A stretch of DNA of 32,000 nucleotides, from NCBI GenBank assembly GCA_965224465.1, contig OZ245049.1, positions 3,360,001-3,392,000 of the forward strand. Reading direction: 5' to 3'. Positions 1-9,500 of this stretch are shown here, piece after piece; the first letter of the stretch is position 1; every line of letters begins with the position of its first letter. Under the pieces are notes generated by a model. It saw nothing but the letters and a program-made list of their open reading frames with translations. It made no database searches and was not told the DNA's origin. The DNA comes from Flavobacteriaceae bacterium. GTDB taxonomy: Bacteria; Bacteroidota; Bacteroidia; Flavobacteriales; Flavobacteriaceae. Position numbers and translations under genes: made by a program.

Positions 1-3000
1 ATAGAGCCAATCTCTTGTGTAAATGCAGGGGAGGATATTCAAATAAATGTGAATTCTTCTAATAGTGACCTTACAAGATTTGAGTACTCAGACGATAATG
101 GAGTAAATTATCAAGCTTTAAATCAGTTTAGTGATTTAGCAATTGGAGTCCATTATTTTCTAGTGAGACATCAGGATACAAAATGTGTATATTCTATAAG
201 TCATCAGGTGAAAGAACCTAATATATTTACGGCTAAAGTTGATATTGTAAGTCATGTGAATTGTAAAGGGACAGTGACGGGTGAAGTTACTTTTGAATTG
301 GTTGATGCTTCGTATGTAGGAGGGTTTAATTGGGAGATATTTGATACCAAAGGCACCTTAACAACTGATGCAGATGATACTTCTGTAGATACAGGAACGG
401 AAACTGCAAATGGACCAACAAGTATTGTGAATATTGCTGCAGGATCTTATTATGTGGTTCTAACACAAGCAAACATACCGACTTGTAATAATAGAGTGTA
501 TTTCACAATTAACGAACCTGCTTTGGTATTGTCAGGAACGCGCACTATCAATCCTATCACCTGTGTTGGAAATGACGGTGTAATAGCAATTACGCCAAAA
601 GGTGGATGGGGAAATTATCAATATTATGTAGGAAATACAGCTCCAAGTGCTGGAAGTTGGGTTTCAACGTCTTCTTTTACGGGGTTAAAAGCAGGTACGT
701 ACCAAGTATGGCTTAAAGATTCGTCAGTATGTGAGGTGCAATTACCAGATGTTGATTTGAAAAATCCTACTGCCATTACTGCTACGTTAGGTATCACCAA
801 TCAAAATTGTTTAGGAACAAATGGAGCTGTTGTAGTGACTGGAGTAACTGGAGGAGACGGTGTTAATTATGTATATCAATTGTTTAGAAATGGAATCATG
901 TTAGGTGCTTCACAGTCAAGTCCTGTTTTTGGGAATTTGATTGCAGGTGATTATCATGTAGATATTACGGATTCTTGGGGATGTACTGGGACAACAGGTA
1001 CAGATATCAAATTATTTGAGGTCTTAGTTCCTCGTATTACTATTGATAAAGGACTTGATTGTACAGTCAGTCCTGGGGGGGCATTTACAGCTTCTGTAAC
1101 GGGTGGTTCAGGTAGTTTTAACTATGTGATAACCTTCCCTGATAGTTCAACACGTACCAATACTACAGGTGTCTTTACAAACTTAAGACTTACTGGAACA
1201 TATACGATTGTTATGACGGATACTCAGACGAATTGTAGCGCTAGCGAGACGGAAACTTTAGTTGCAGCATCTGGTGTTGCGTTGTTACCTTCTTCTGTAA
1301 CAGATGTAAAATGTTTTGGAGGTAGTGATGGTGTAATTACTGTAAATATGAATGTGTCAACAGCGACTACGAATAACGAACCTGTTTATACATACCAAAT
1401 TATATCGGTGTCTCCACTCGTAGCGCCTCAAAACACTGCTATTTTTACGGATTTACCAAAAGGGACCTATACGATTCGTGTTGTTTCTTCTAAAGGATGT
1501 TTTTCTGAAGTAACAGCAGATGTTAATGAGCCTGTTGCTTTATCAGTAGCGGCATCAGCAACTACGTTTGCTTGTACTTCGAATAATTTATCCAATACGG
1601 TACTTTTAACCGCGGTTGCAGCGAATGGTACTTCGGGTTATGTTTATAGTATCAATGGTGTAGACTTTAAAAGTTCAAATACCTTTGATATTGTTGATAC
1701 AGGAGCTGTTCAAAATATTACAGTAACGGTAAAAGATGCCAATGGATGTAGTGCAGCGACTTTGTCTCCTGTTATTATTAATCCATTACCGTCTCTTATG
1801 AGTGTTACTGTAAATCAAAATATTGCAATTACTTGTAGGAATCCAGAAAATGTGATTGTGACTGTAGTTGGTGGTTCGGGTGATTTTACCTACGAATTAC
1901 TGCCTATAGGTACAAATAAGAAGGTAATTATAAGCCAAACACAAGATTTTGATCTTCCAAGCGCAGGTACTTATACCTTTAAAGTGATCGATAATATTAC
2001 GGGTTGTTCAATCGTATCAGTTCCTTATAATGTAGGTCTGTTTGATGTTATTTCAGTGGAGGCAGTTGCGACACAGTCTTCTCAATGTTTTGGAGATTCT
2101 CAAGGGGCATTAGAATTTAAGGTGCTTAATTATAGTGGAAGTTTCTCTTGGATTGTCACAAACACAGCAGGAACGATGACTCGTACTGGGAATTCTATTA
2201 CAACGAATAATCCTATAAAGGTTCCAAATTTAATAGGTGGAAACTTTAGTGTTTACGTGAATGCTAATGACCCTGCTTTTTGTGATGCTTTAAGCAATGT
2301 GCTAACCATTCTTTCTCCAAGTGATGCACTCTCTTTAACATTGAATGTATCTCATAAAGAAACATGTGATCCTGGAAGTGATGGAGAAATTACTGCCATA
2401 GGAGATTACGGATGGGGAACTTACCAATACCAGTTGGAATTGGGAGCTACCATTGTAGTTGCTTACAGTTCTGGAAGTGTATTTAGTAATCTTAATGCAG
2501 GAACGTATACAGTAAGAGTTAAAGATATAAACGGTTGTTCTATTTCTAAAGATATAGAAATTAAGCCAGCACTTCCTATTGCTGCCACAGCAAGCGCTAA
2601 TAGCCTGCTTTGTTATGGTGATTTAATTGGAGAGGTTACTGTTGTTGCCACAGGTGGGCAAGGCCCTGGGACGTATGTTTATAGCTTGGTTGATGCAGAT
2701 GGAAAACCATCTGCCTACCAGTCGAGTCCAGTGTTTTCTAATCTTGTAGCAGGGACTTATACGGTATTGGTTACGGACGATTTGTTCTGTGAGGTGATTA
2801 CCTTACCAGTTACCGTTGTTGCGCCACCTATAGTGGTCGCATCAGCAAGAATTACAACAACACCTTCATGTACTGTTTCTGGTGTAATTCAGGTCACGGC
2901 TTCTGGAGGTGATGGAGGTCCTTATACTTATAGTAACGATGGTGTTACGTTTGGTACTGTTAATTCATTTACGGTGTCACCTGTAGTATCTACTACATAT

Positions 3001-4524
3001 CAATATTTTGTAAAAGATGCCTCGGGTTGTATCTCCTATGTTTCAAATGGTATTACGATACATCCGATTGCTCCACTAAAAGTGATTATTGACGCCGTAA
3101 ATGCAACCATTAGTTGTAATGGAGGTACGAGTGCTGTGATTTCTTCGATAACATCTGGTGGAATGGGGAATTATAGCTACGAATTATTAAACGAGAATGA
3201 TGTTGTGTTAGACGGACCTCAAAATTCTAGTATTTTTACTGGTTTAGGAGCTGGGATTTACAAAGTCCGTGTGAATAGTTTGGATTGTCAAGAAACAACG
3301 GATCCAGTTACTTTGACGGATCCGAAAATGTTGAAATTACCTCTGAGGCCCATTTTCACAAACATTACTTGTTATGGTGAAGTTGATGGAACGATTACAG
3401 TAGATGCAGAAGGTGGTACAGGGAATCTTATCTATAGTATAGATCAGATTAAATATGTGAACAGTAATACATTCAAAGGCTTAAAAGCAGGTTTGTATAC
3501 GGTAACGGTTCAAGATGAAAACGGGTGTTATGTCAATCAAGATATAACGATTGTGGAACCAAAACTGTTAGAATTCAAATTTGGATTGATACGTCAAGAA
3601 AAATGTGCCAATGATAAAGACGGAAGTATAGCAATTATGATCACAGGTGGTACTGCTCCATATTTTACCAAGTTAAATGCTGATGGAGTATTTGTAGAAG
3701 GTAAATTGTTGTATGACAACTTAGAAGGTGGACATACCTATGCTATTTATTTGAAAGATAGTTCAGGTTGTGATAAGAACTTAGTTGTTAAATTGGATGC
3801 GCCTGTAGATTTGAATTTTAAAACCATGATAGATTATGGTTGTGATGGAACTACTAAGATCATTGCTTCTGTAGCGCTACAATATAAAAATGAAGTTACC
3901 TATATCATGGTAAGTAATTCGAATACCCTTACCAATACAACGGGTGTTTTTGAAAACGTAATGCCAGGTACTTATTTGATAGAAGTGGAGCATGTAAATG
4001 GTTGTTCTCCTTCTCAGTCTTATGTAGATGTGAAGAAGGTGCTTCCGCTTATAGCTTCATTAGAAGAGACTTTTGTAAATACGATTACTGCCAAGGTGGC
4101 GCATGGTATTCCACCGTATGAATACCGCTTAGATGAAGGTGACTTTGGAAATTCGAATCAATTTATTATTACCAAAACAGGTACTTACACAGTGGATGTT
4201 AGAGATTCGAGAGGTTGTATTACCAGCGCTAAAATTGACATGGAATTTATCACAGTGTTTGTTCCTAATTTCTTTACGCCGGATGGTGATGGGAAAAATG
4301 ATTATTGGTATCCACAAAAATTAATGGCATATCCAAATATCAAAGTATCTATATACGATCGTTATTCTAGGTTGGTAGGAGAGTTTAGAGGCCCTCAAAT
4401 TGGTTGGGATGGAAATCTAAATGGGAAAGCATTGCCTTCTGGTGATTACTGGTATGTAATTGTGTTAGACGGGTTGCAAGGTGATAAACGAAAAATGATG
4501 GGTAATTTTACTCTTTACCGTTAA
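1..4524 (+). CDS. 3' portion (C-terminal 1507 codons) of a giant SprB-repeat cell-surface/gliding adhesin with a T9SS type-B C-terminal sorting domain; 5' end lies upstream of the window
   Basis: Frame 1 is open from nt 1, so the track's GTG at 49 is internal. Residues from nt 1-48 (IEPISCVNAGEDIQIN) align with VESISCKNNGENIKIN of the 4792-aa paralog. The body is reiterated ~80-100 aa modules of the form C.G..[DN]G.I.V...GG.G.Y.Y....F..L.AG.Y.V.V.D..GC (SprB-repeat pattern). The C-terminus is FFTPDGDGKNDYWYP...GDYWYVI...GNFTLYR. Stop TAA at 4522-4524. Confidence 0.9.
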   Translation: MEPISCVNAGEDIQINVNSSNSDLTRFEYSDDNGVNYQALNQFSDLAIGVHYFLVRHQDTKCVYSISHQVKEPNIFTAKVDIVSHVNCKGTVTGEVTFELVDASYVGGFNWEIFDTKGTLTTDADDTSVDTGTETANGPTSIVNIAAGSYYVVLTQANIPTCNNRVYFTINEPALVLSGTRTINPITCVGNDGVIAITPKGGWGNYQYYVGNTAPSAGSWVSTSSFTGLKAGTYQVWLKDSSVCEVQLPDVDLKNPTAITATLGITNQNCLGTNGAVVVTGVTGGDGVNYVYQLFRNGIMLGASQSSPVFGNLIAGDYHVDITDSWGCTGTTGTDIKLFEVLVPRITIDKGLDCTVSPGGAFTASVTGGSGSFNYVITFPDSSTRTNTTGVFTNLRLTGTYTIVMTDTQTNCSASETETLVAASGVALLPSSVTDVKCFGGSDGVITVNMNVSTATTNNEPVYTYQIISVSPLVAPQNTAIFTDLPKGTYTIRVVSSKGCFSEVTADVNEPVALSVAASATTFACTSNNLSNTVLLTAVAANGTSGYVYSINGVDFKSSNTFDIVDTGAVQNITVTVKDANGCSAATLSPVIINPLPSLMSVTVNQNIAITCRNPENVIVTVVGGSGDFTYELLPIGTNKKVIISQTQDFDLPSAGTYTFKVIDNITGCSIVSVPYNVGLFDVISVEAVATQSSQCFGDSQGALEFKVLNYSGSFSWIVTNTAGTMTRTGNSITTNNPIKVPNLIGGNFSVYVNANDPAFCDALSNVLTILSPSDALSLTLNVSHKETCDPGSDGEITAIGDYGWGTYQYQLELGATIVVAYSSGSVFSNLNAGTYTVRVKDINGCSISKDIEIKPALPIAATASANSLLCYGDLIGEVTVVATGGQGPGTYVYSLVDADGKPSAYQSSPVFSNLVAGTYTVLVTDDLFCEVITLPVTVVAPPIVVASARITTTPSCTVSGVIQVTASGGDGGPYTYSNDGVTFGTVNSFTVSPVVSTTYQYFVKDASGCISYVSNGITIHPIAPLKVIIDAVNATISCNGGTSAVISSITSGGMGNYSYELLNENDVVLDGPQNSSIFTGLGAGIYKVRVNSLDCQETTDPVTLTDPKMLKLPLRPIFTNITCYGEVDGTITVDAEGGTGNLIYSIDQIKYVNSNTFKGLKAGLYTVTVQDENGCYVNQDITIVEPKLLEFKFGLIRQEKCANDKDGSIAIMITGGTAPYFTKLNADGVFVEGKLLYDNLEGGHTYAIYLKDSSGCDKNLVVKLDAPVDLNFKTMIDYGCDGTTKIIASVALQYKNEVTYIMVSNSNTLTNTTGVFENVMPGTYLIEVEHVNGCSPSQSYVDVKKVLPLIASLEETFVNTITAKVAHGIPPYEYRLDEGDFGNSNQFIITKTGTYTVDVRDSRGCITSAKIDMEFITVFVPNFFTPDGDGKNDYWYPQKLMAYPNIKVSIYDRYSRLVGEFRGPQIGWDGNLNGKALPSGDYWYVIVLDGLQGDKRKMMGNFTLYR
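4246..4521 (+). other. T9SS type-B C-terminal sorting domain (gliding-motility-associated CTD / CHU_C-like) of adhesin A
   Basis: FITVFVPNFFTPDGDGKNDYWYPQKLMAYPNIKVSIYDRYSRLVGEF...WDGNLNGKALPSGDYWYVI...GNFTLYR. This matches the hallmark FTPNGDG.ND.W ... WDG ... G.Y.Y motif series of type-B CTDs. Confidence 0.85.
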
Positions 4525-4540
4525 TTTTAATTAGAAAATT

Positions 4541-5476
4541 ATGATGAAGAAAATAGTATTCTTTGTGTTTGTATCGGGTTCTCTATTGTGTAGAGCCCAA
4601 GAGTTTAGTATGCCTTTAATGAGTCAGTATATGGCAGAAAACCCGTATGTTCTTTCTCCAACATTTGCTGGGATAGGCCCCTATTTCCAACTCCGCGTAA
4701 GTGGATTGCAGCAATGGGTCGGAGTAAAGGATGCTCCAAGTACCCAATCTGTTTCTCTAGATGGACGATTTGGAGACGTGAATGGTGTTGGAATTCTTTT
4801 ATTTAATGATAAAAATGGAAATACACAACAATATGGTGGGCATATTTCTTACGCACATCACCTCACGTTAAATGAGTATCGAAATCAGTTTGTGTCCTTT
4901 GGGATGTCCTACCGTTTTACCCAATTTAAAATAGATATTACTGGTTTTAATGGGGATGATCCTTCTGTTCATGGAGATAAATCAACACTTAATTCCAATT
5001 TTGATGTAGGGATGTTGTATCGATTTGAAAAGTTTTACCTGAGTTTAAATGTTACAAATATTTTAGATAAAAGTGCCAGAGCCTTTGCAGATGGTGAACC
5101 TCTAAAATTACGTAATTACTCCATTTATACAGGATTTAAATTTGATAGAAACCCATACCATAAATTTGAAGTGTCTTTGTTTAGTCGTTATTTTGAAAGC
5201 GATGCACGTTCCAATACGGATCTTAATTTTAAGTATAGAAAGGTGAATGGTGATGATTATTTTTGGATGGGAGCAAGTCTCCGTATGATAAATGATTTGA
5301 ATTTCAGACCTGTTAGTGTGACGCCAATGGGAGGGTTTAATCACAAACAATTTTATGTTTCTTATGGATTCGAGATGAATTTAGGAAAGATTGTCCAGTA
5401 CAATGTAGGAACTCATCTAATAACTCTAGGGATAGATTTTCTATACAACCCTAGTAGTAAAAAATGTACGCGTTAA
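4541..5476 (+). CDS. sprF: PorP/SprF-family type IX secretion membrane protein, probable cognate partner of the upstream adhesin
   Basis: 311 aa, starting 16 nt after the adhesin stop. Signal peptide MMKKIVFFVFVSGSLLCRAQE is followed by FSMPLMSQYMAENPYVLSPTFAG, the characteristic N-terminal motif of the PorP/SprF family. The remainder has a beta-barrel-like alternating pattern. The synteny of a type-B-CTD adhesin followed by a sprF-like gene is the established F. johnsoniae sprB-sprF arrangement. Confidence 0.85.
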   Translation: MMKKIVFFVFVSGSLLCRAQEFSMPLMSQYMAENPYVLSPTFAGIGPYFQLRVSGLQQWVGVKDAPSTQSVSLDGRFGDVNGVGILLFNDKNGNTQQYGGHISYAHHLTLNEYRNQFVSFGMSYRFTQFKIDITGFNGDDPSVHGDKSTLNSNFDVGMLYRFEKFYLSLNVTNILDKSARAFADGEPLKLRNYSIYTGFKFDRNPYHKFEVSLFSRYFESDARSNTDLNFKYRKVNGDDYFWMGASLRMINDLNFRPVSVTPMGGFNHKQFYVSYGFEMNLGKIVQYNVGTHLITLGIDFLYNPSSKKCTR

Positions 5477-5522
5477 TGCCTTTTGTGTAAATTTCTCAAA
5501 AGAGGTCAAACGTTTTTTTATC

Positions 5523-5569
5523 GTTGCTGTTTTTCTTGTCTAAACAAGAAGAACAGCAACTTTTTTTTT
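5523..5569 (+). terminator. Rho-independent terminator after sprF copy 1
   Basis: GTTGCTGTTTTTCTTG tctaaa CAAGAAGAACAGCAAC stem-loop followed by a T9 run (5561-5569). Confidence 0.8.
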
Positions 5570-5940
5570 GAACTTCAAATATAAGTATTGTTTTACCTAT
5601 TTAGTGCCTTTTAATAGCAAGAGACTTGTTCCAATTTCCAATGAATCGAATATAAACAACACCAATTTTGGTAAGAAATGAGGCATGATTATTCGAAATA
5701 GGCGATAGGAATATAGGATAAAATTGTTAATTAACCCCTTTTAGTGATAGCATTAACGGTATTTACCCCCTAACGATATAAATTTCATAAAATTGTATAA
5801 TGCCTTTTTGTTTGTCTTGTTGTCCGTCAGTTTTAATGTCCGATTTTTACAAATAGTTAGTTCTTTTATAGTGATATGTACTGCGAACCTCCACGTTATT
5901 TCGCTGTAATTTACTAGGAATGTCCTGAGTAGTAGTACTT
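5570..5940 (+). pseudogene. Orphan, dead copy (L1) of the adhesin 5' leader plus signal peptide and first ~60 codons
   Basis: Collinear nucleotide homology to 6235-6600. Example: gaacttcaaatataagtattgtttta... compared with gaacctcaaaataagtatcgttata..., and ...gcctttttgtttgtcttgttgtccgtcagttttaatgt compared with gcctttttgtttgttttgttatccgtcaattttaatgt. The start ATG is mutated to ATA (5747-5749) and in-frame TAA stops follow. Homology ends at ...tgagtagtagtactt. Confidence 0.75.
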
Positions 5941-6100
5941 AAATTTATTTTTTAGACAAGTGATTTTTCAATTGTAGAGGTGCAGTTTATTCAAATAAAC
6001 ATAGGTTTTAAAAAACGAATACGCGAAGTGTTGTTTCTAAAATCACGTGTAATACGCATGAGATTTCCTGTAAGTTAAAAAACTAAAGTAGGTTGACATA

Positions 6101-6234
6101 TGCTGGGAAAAAGATTAAAAAACTGGGGTGAAAGCCCTGTAAAATTTGAAGTAAATGTATGTATATATGCAAAAGAAATTTACAGATTTTTTTTAGTAAA
6201 TTAAAGAACGCGGATTAGACGTACATTATTTTAT
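6101..6234 (+). promoter_or_regulatory. Conserved upstream non-coding block U (copy 1); candidate promoter/regulatory region of the giant adhesin gene
   Basis: Homologous to 23739-23876 (ctgggaaa..ctgggg.gaaa.ccctgt...atgtatgta.atatgcaaaa...). No clean Bacteroidetes -7 TAnnTTTG box could be identified, so a function is not demonstrated. Confidence 0.3.
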
Positions 6235-6409
6235 GAACCTCAAAATAAGTATCGTTATATCTATTCTAATGACCTCGGAGAGTAAGACACTTGTTTCAAG
6301 TTGCTATGATTCGAACATAAACACTACTTATTTTGTTGAAAAAGGCTCAAAATCTTTTTGAATAATTGATAGAAATATAATTTTTAACTCATAATTAACC
6401 CCCTTAGTG
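6235..6409 (+). promoter_or_regulatory. Conserved 5' leader (L2) directly upstream of the giant adhesin start
   Basis: The same ~175 nt sequence family occurs at 5570-5743, 21833-21960 (with deletions) and 23877-24053. Its 3' end (atataatttt(t)aaactc(a/g)taattaa(c/a)cc) also occurs at 28321-28347. Confidence 0.45.
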
Positions 6410-6514
6410 ATGAAAGCTATAGTATCAACCCCCAACTATACAAAGTTCATAAAATTGCACTGTGCCTTTTTGTTTGTTTTGTTATCCGTCAATTTTAATG
6501 TGCTCTTTGCGCAA
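6410..6514 (+). other. Signal peptide of adhesin G (35 aa, long n-region)
   Basis: MKAIVSTPNYTKFIKLHCAFLFVLLSVNFNVLFAQ has a hydrophobic core and an A-Q end. It is conserved in T (24054-) and D (28355-). Confidence 0.7.
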
Positions 6515-9500
6515 ACAGCTGTGCCTTTTTCCGCGCGATATAATAAGAGTCTCCGTGGTGATTTGACCATGATTTCTAATAATATTCTGAATAGACGTGA
6601 TAATTCGGGTGGTCCCAATGTCCCTTATACAGGAAGCCAAGCGAATGACAGGTTAAATATGAGGTATATTGATGTTGACAACGACTCAAATACCTTCTCT
6701 TCAAGCAGTGCTACGTTGGCTATTCCTAATTACAATACTTGTTCAAAGGTAAAGTTTGCAGGACTCTATTGGGGTGCCATTTATAGGGATTCAAATCGTA
6801 ATTCTAATTTTAGGAGTGTCAAATTTAAAGTACCTGGTTCGGGAAGCTATAAGACTGTAGCTGCAACGAGTGTTATTTTTGATACTCAAGGTACTTTTGC
6901 GTCAGATCCGTATGCTTGTTTTGCGGATGTAACGAACTTGGTTACAGGTTTGACTTCTCCTGAAGGAAAATACACAGTTGCAGACATCTTTGCAAATCAA
7001 GGAAGTAAAGGGAATGGTGCCCCATTTGGTGGATCTTCCGCAGGATGGACTTTAATTATTGTTTATGAGAATCCTACGCTTCCAAATAGAAATATAACTG
7101 TTTTTGATGGGTTTTCTGGAGTTAGAGATAATAGTACGGCTAATATTCCAGTAGCTGGATTTACCACGCTTCCTGTGGGGCCAGTAAGGGCTCGCATAGC
7201 TGTTTCCTGTCTGGAAGGTGACCTTTCTCTTAGAGGTGATGGATATAGTATTAGTACAGGTCAAAATAACGGAACATTTACGCCTTTGACGAATACTATT
7301 AATCCAGCTAATAACTTTTTTAATAGTTCGATTAGCATAACTGATAGAAATCGGAGGTCATTAGCGCTTACAAGAAAGCCTAATTGTCAGAATACCCTTG
7401 GATGGGATTCAGATTTATTCAATATTTTGAATTCTGGAAATTTGGTGATTGGGAATAACGAAACATCGGCTACTTTAAGGCTTCAAACGTCCGGAGATCA
7501 GTATTTTGTTTTTCAAACATCCTTTATTGTTGATAATATAGAGCCTAAAATCATCTTGTTAAAAACGGTAGATGATGGTATGGGACATGATTTGGCGGGA
7601 AAGAATGTTAAGTTGGGTGAGAGTATGTGGTATGAATTGAATTTTAAAAATTCAGGAAATGACGATGCTATCAATACTACTATTGAAGATATATTACCGA
7701 TTAATGTAGATTTGGATGTGAATTCTATCATAATCCCGAATTTTGGTGTATCCTATACCCATACTCCGCCAACAAAATCTTCTGCGGGGATTTTAAAATT
7801 CACGATAGCGGATGCACTTGTGACTAAAGGGGGGGCAAATTATCGAATCCGTTTTAAAGTTACTGTGAAAGATAAATGCAACGAATTAAGAGACGCATGC
7901 GAAAATGAAATTAAAAATCAAGCATTTGCTTCTTATAAAGGAAAGGTTAGCAAGATTTATATAAGTGATGACCCCAGTTTTTATGGCTTGGATAAATGTG
8001 GTATCGGAGAACCTGGTGCTACTAATTTTTTAGTAGATGTTAAGGATTGTGCTTTTAAGCGAGAGGTAGTTATGTGTTCTGGTTCGTTAAAACTTACTGC
8101 TGGTAGTGGCTATGCCTCCTATGTTTGGAAAACCTCTGAGGGAAAAAAGATCTCTGGGGGAAATAAGCAATCTCTTACTGTAACAAGTATTGGAATTTAT
8201 AAGGTTTATAAAAAAGGTGCTACTTCTTGTGTAGATGCGATGGAAACTATAACCGTGGTCCCCTTTAATAAAGGTTATAAAAACCCTTTAATTGCTACTA
8301 ATAGTAAAGGCGGTTATTTGTATGTAGACGAAGTATTTATTTGTCCAAATAATGGAAGTCAATTGTCTGAAATTTATTTATGTGGTTCGGATTCATTTAG
8401 AGATATTAATATTCTCGCTGAAAGAGGTGTGGATTTTAAATGGCAAAAACTGGATAAAAGTTTGGAAGGTGATGCGTTTGCTAAATGCCCTAATTTAAAA
8501 GCAGAGGATAAAAACTGGACGACGGTTAGTTCTAATAATTCTTTTAGAGTAGAGGATGCTGGTGACTACCGACTCGAAGTAGCATTCCAAAACAAGTGTT
8601 TTGTACGTTATTATTTCAACGTTTTCAAAGTTACGGTGAAGCCTACATTTGAGGGGACAAATATTAATTGTGGTAAGGATGGAAGTATTGCTATTTCTAA
8701 TATCTCTATTAAATCCTATGAGTTTAGTGTTGTTTTGAATAATGAGCCTATTGGAAAATATAGTTCTAAAATTAATTATAAGATAACTAAAGCGGGAACT
8801 TATAAGGTGTATTACCGCCATAAAGGGACATCTATAGATGGCTGTGTTAGCAAGGAAATTTATATATCAGATAATAAAATTAAAGTAAACAAAACAGTAA
8901 CAGATATTACGTGTAAGAAAGATAAAGGATCGATTCGAGTTCAAGTTAGCAACGTTGATGGAGATTATACATTTGAATTGAAAATATGGGGAAAGAAGAA
9001 AGGGGCTGCTATTGAAACCTTTGAGCCCTATAAAACCTCGAGGTCTATAAAATCAAATGATTATACATTTAAAGACTTAAGTGAAGGATTATACCAAGTG
9101 ATTGTGAAAACAGATCAATGTTTGGATACAATCAAGAATATTAAAATAAAAAAGAACGATCCTTTAACGCTTAAGGCTTCTGTTTCAAAGGATATTTCCT
9201 GTAATAAAGGGGAAATTGAATTGGTAGCTAAAGGAGGTAAAAAAGAATATAGTTATGCCATACATAGTTATAAATTAGAAGGGGAGTCCGTATGGACTTT
9301 TATTGAAGATAAAAAGTATGATTATAAAACGGCTAAAGTCGGTGAAGTATTTAAAATTCTGATCAAGGATGCGGGTACTTACAGATTTATTGTTTCTGAC
9401 CATAATTTGTGTACTGCAGAATCTAATACGGTTAAAATTAATAAATATAAGCCTGAGTATGAGGTGACAAAAACAGATATTAAATGTAATTTTGATGATA

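Noticed and set aside
4129-4324. Small overlapping ORFs inside the CTD region (4129-4317 minus, 4133-4324 plus) with paralogs at 20321-20585
   Set aside because: They are embedded in the strongly supported adhesin frame. They recur only because the host segment is duplicated, and their peptides are low-complexity.
6269-6361. 30-codon upstream ORF in leader L2 (MTSESKTLVSSCYDSNINTTYFVEKGSKSF). Over a 15-codon stretch it differs from leader L4 at 7 positions, 5 of them synonymous third-position changes
   Set aside because: The ATG position and the upstream frame are not conserved between L2 and L4 (1-nt indel). L3 has the stretch deleted and the D leader lacks it. Five of seven third-position changes is not significant once three frames are considered (about p = 0.1 by a rough binomial). 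Most likely this is nucleotide-level conservation of a non-coding leader.
5570-6409. Invertible promoter or shufflon-type switch between sprF and the giant gene
   Set aside because: All repeated leader copies are in direct, not inverted, orientation. I found no flanking inverted repeats of useful length, and there is no site-specific recombinase gene in the window. The only recombinase-like gene is the IS transposase.
6436-6618. A family of three conserved minus-strand ORFs (6436-6618, 23975-24265, 28381-28563), all reading ...FRILLEIMVKSPRRL.LYR....VCAKSTLKLTDNKT.KKA
   Set aside because: They are the exact antisense of the conserved signal-peptide/N-terminal coding region of G, T and D. Their conservation is fully explained by the sense-strand gene, and they have no independent start context.
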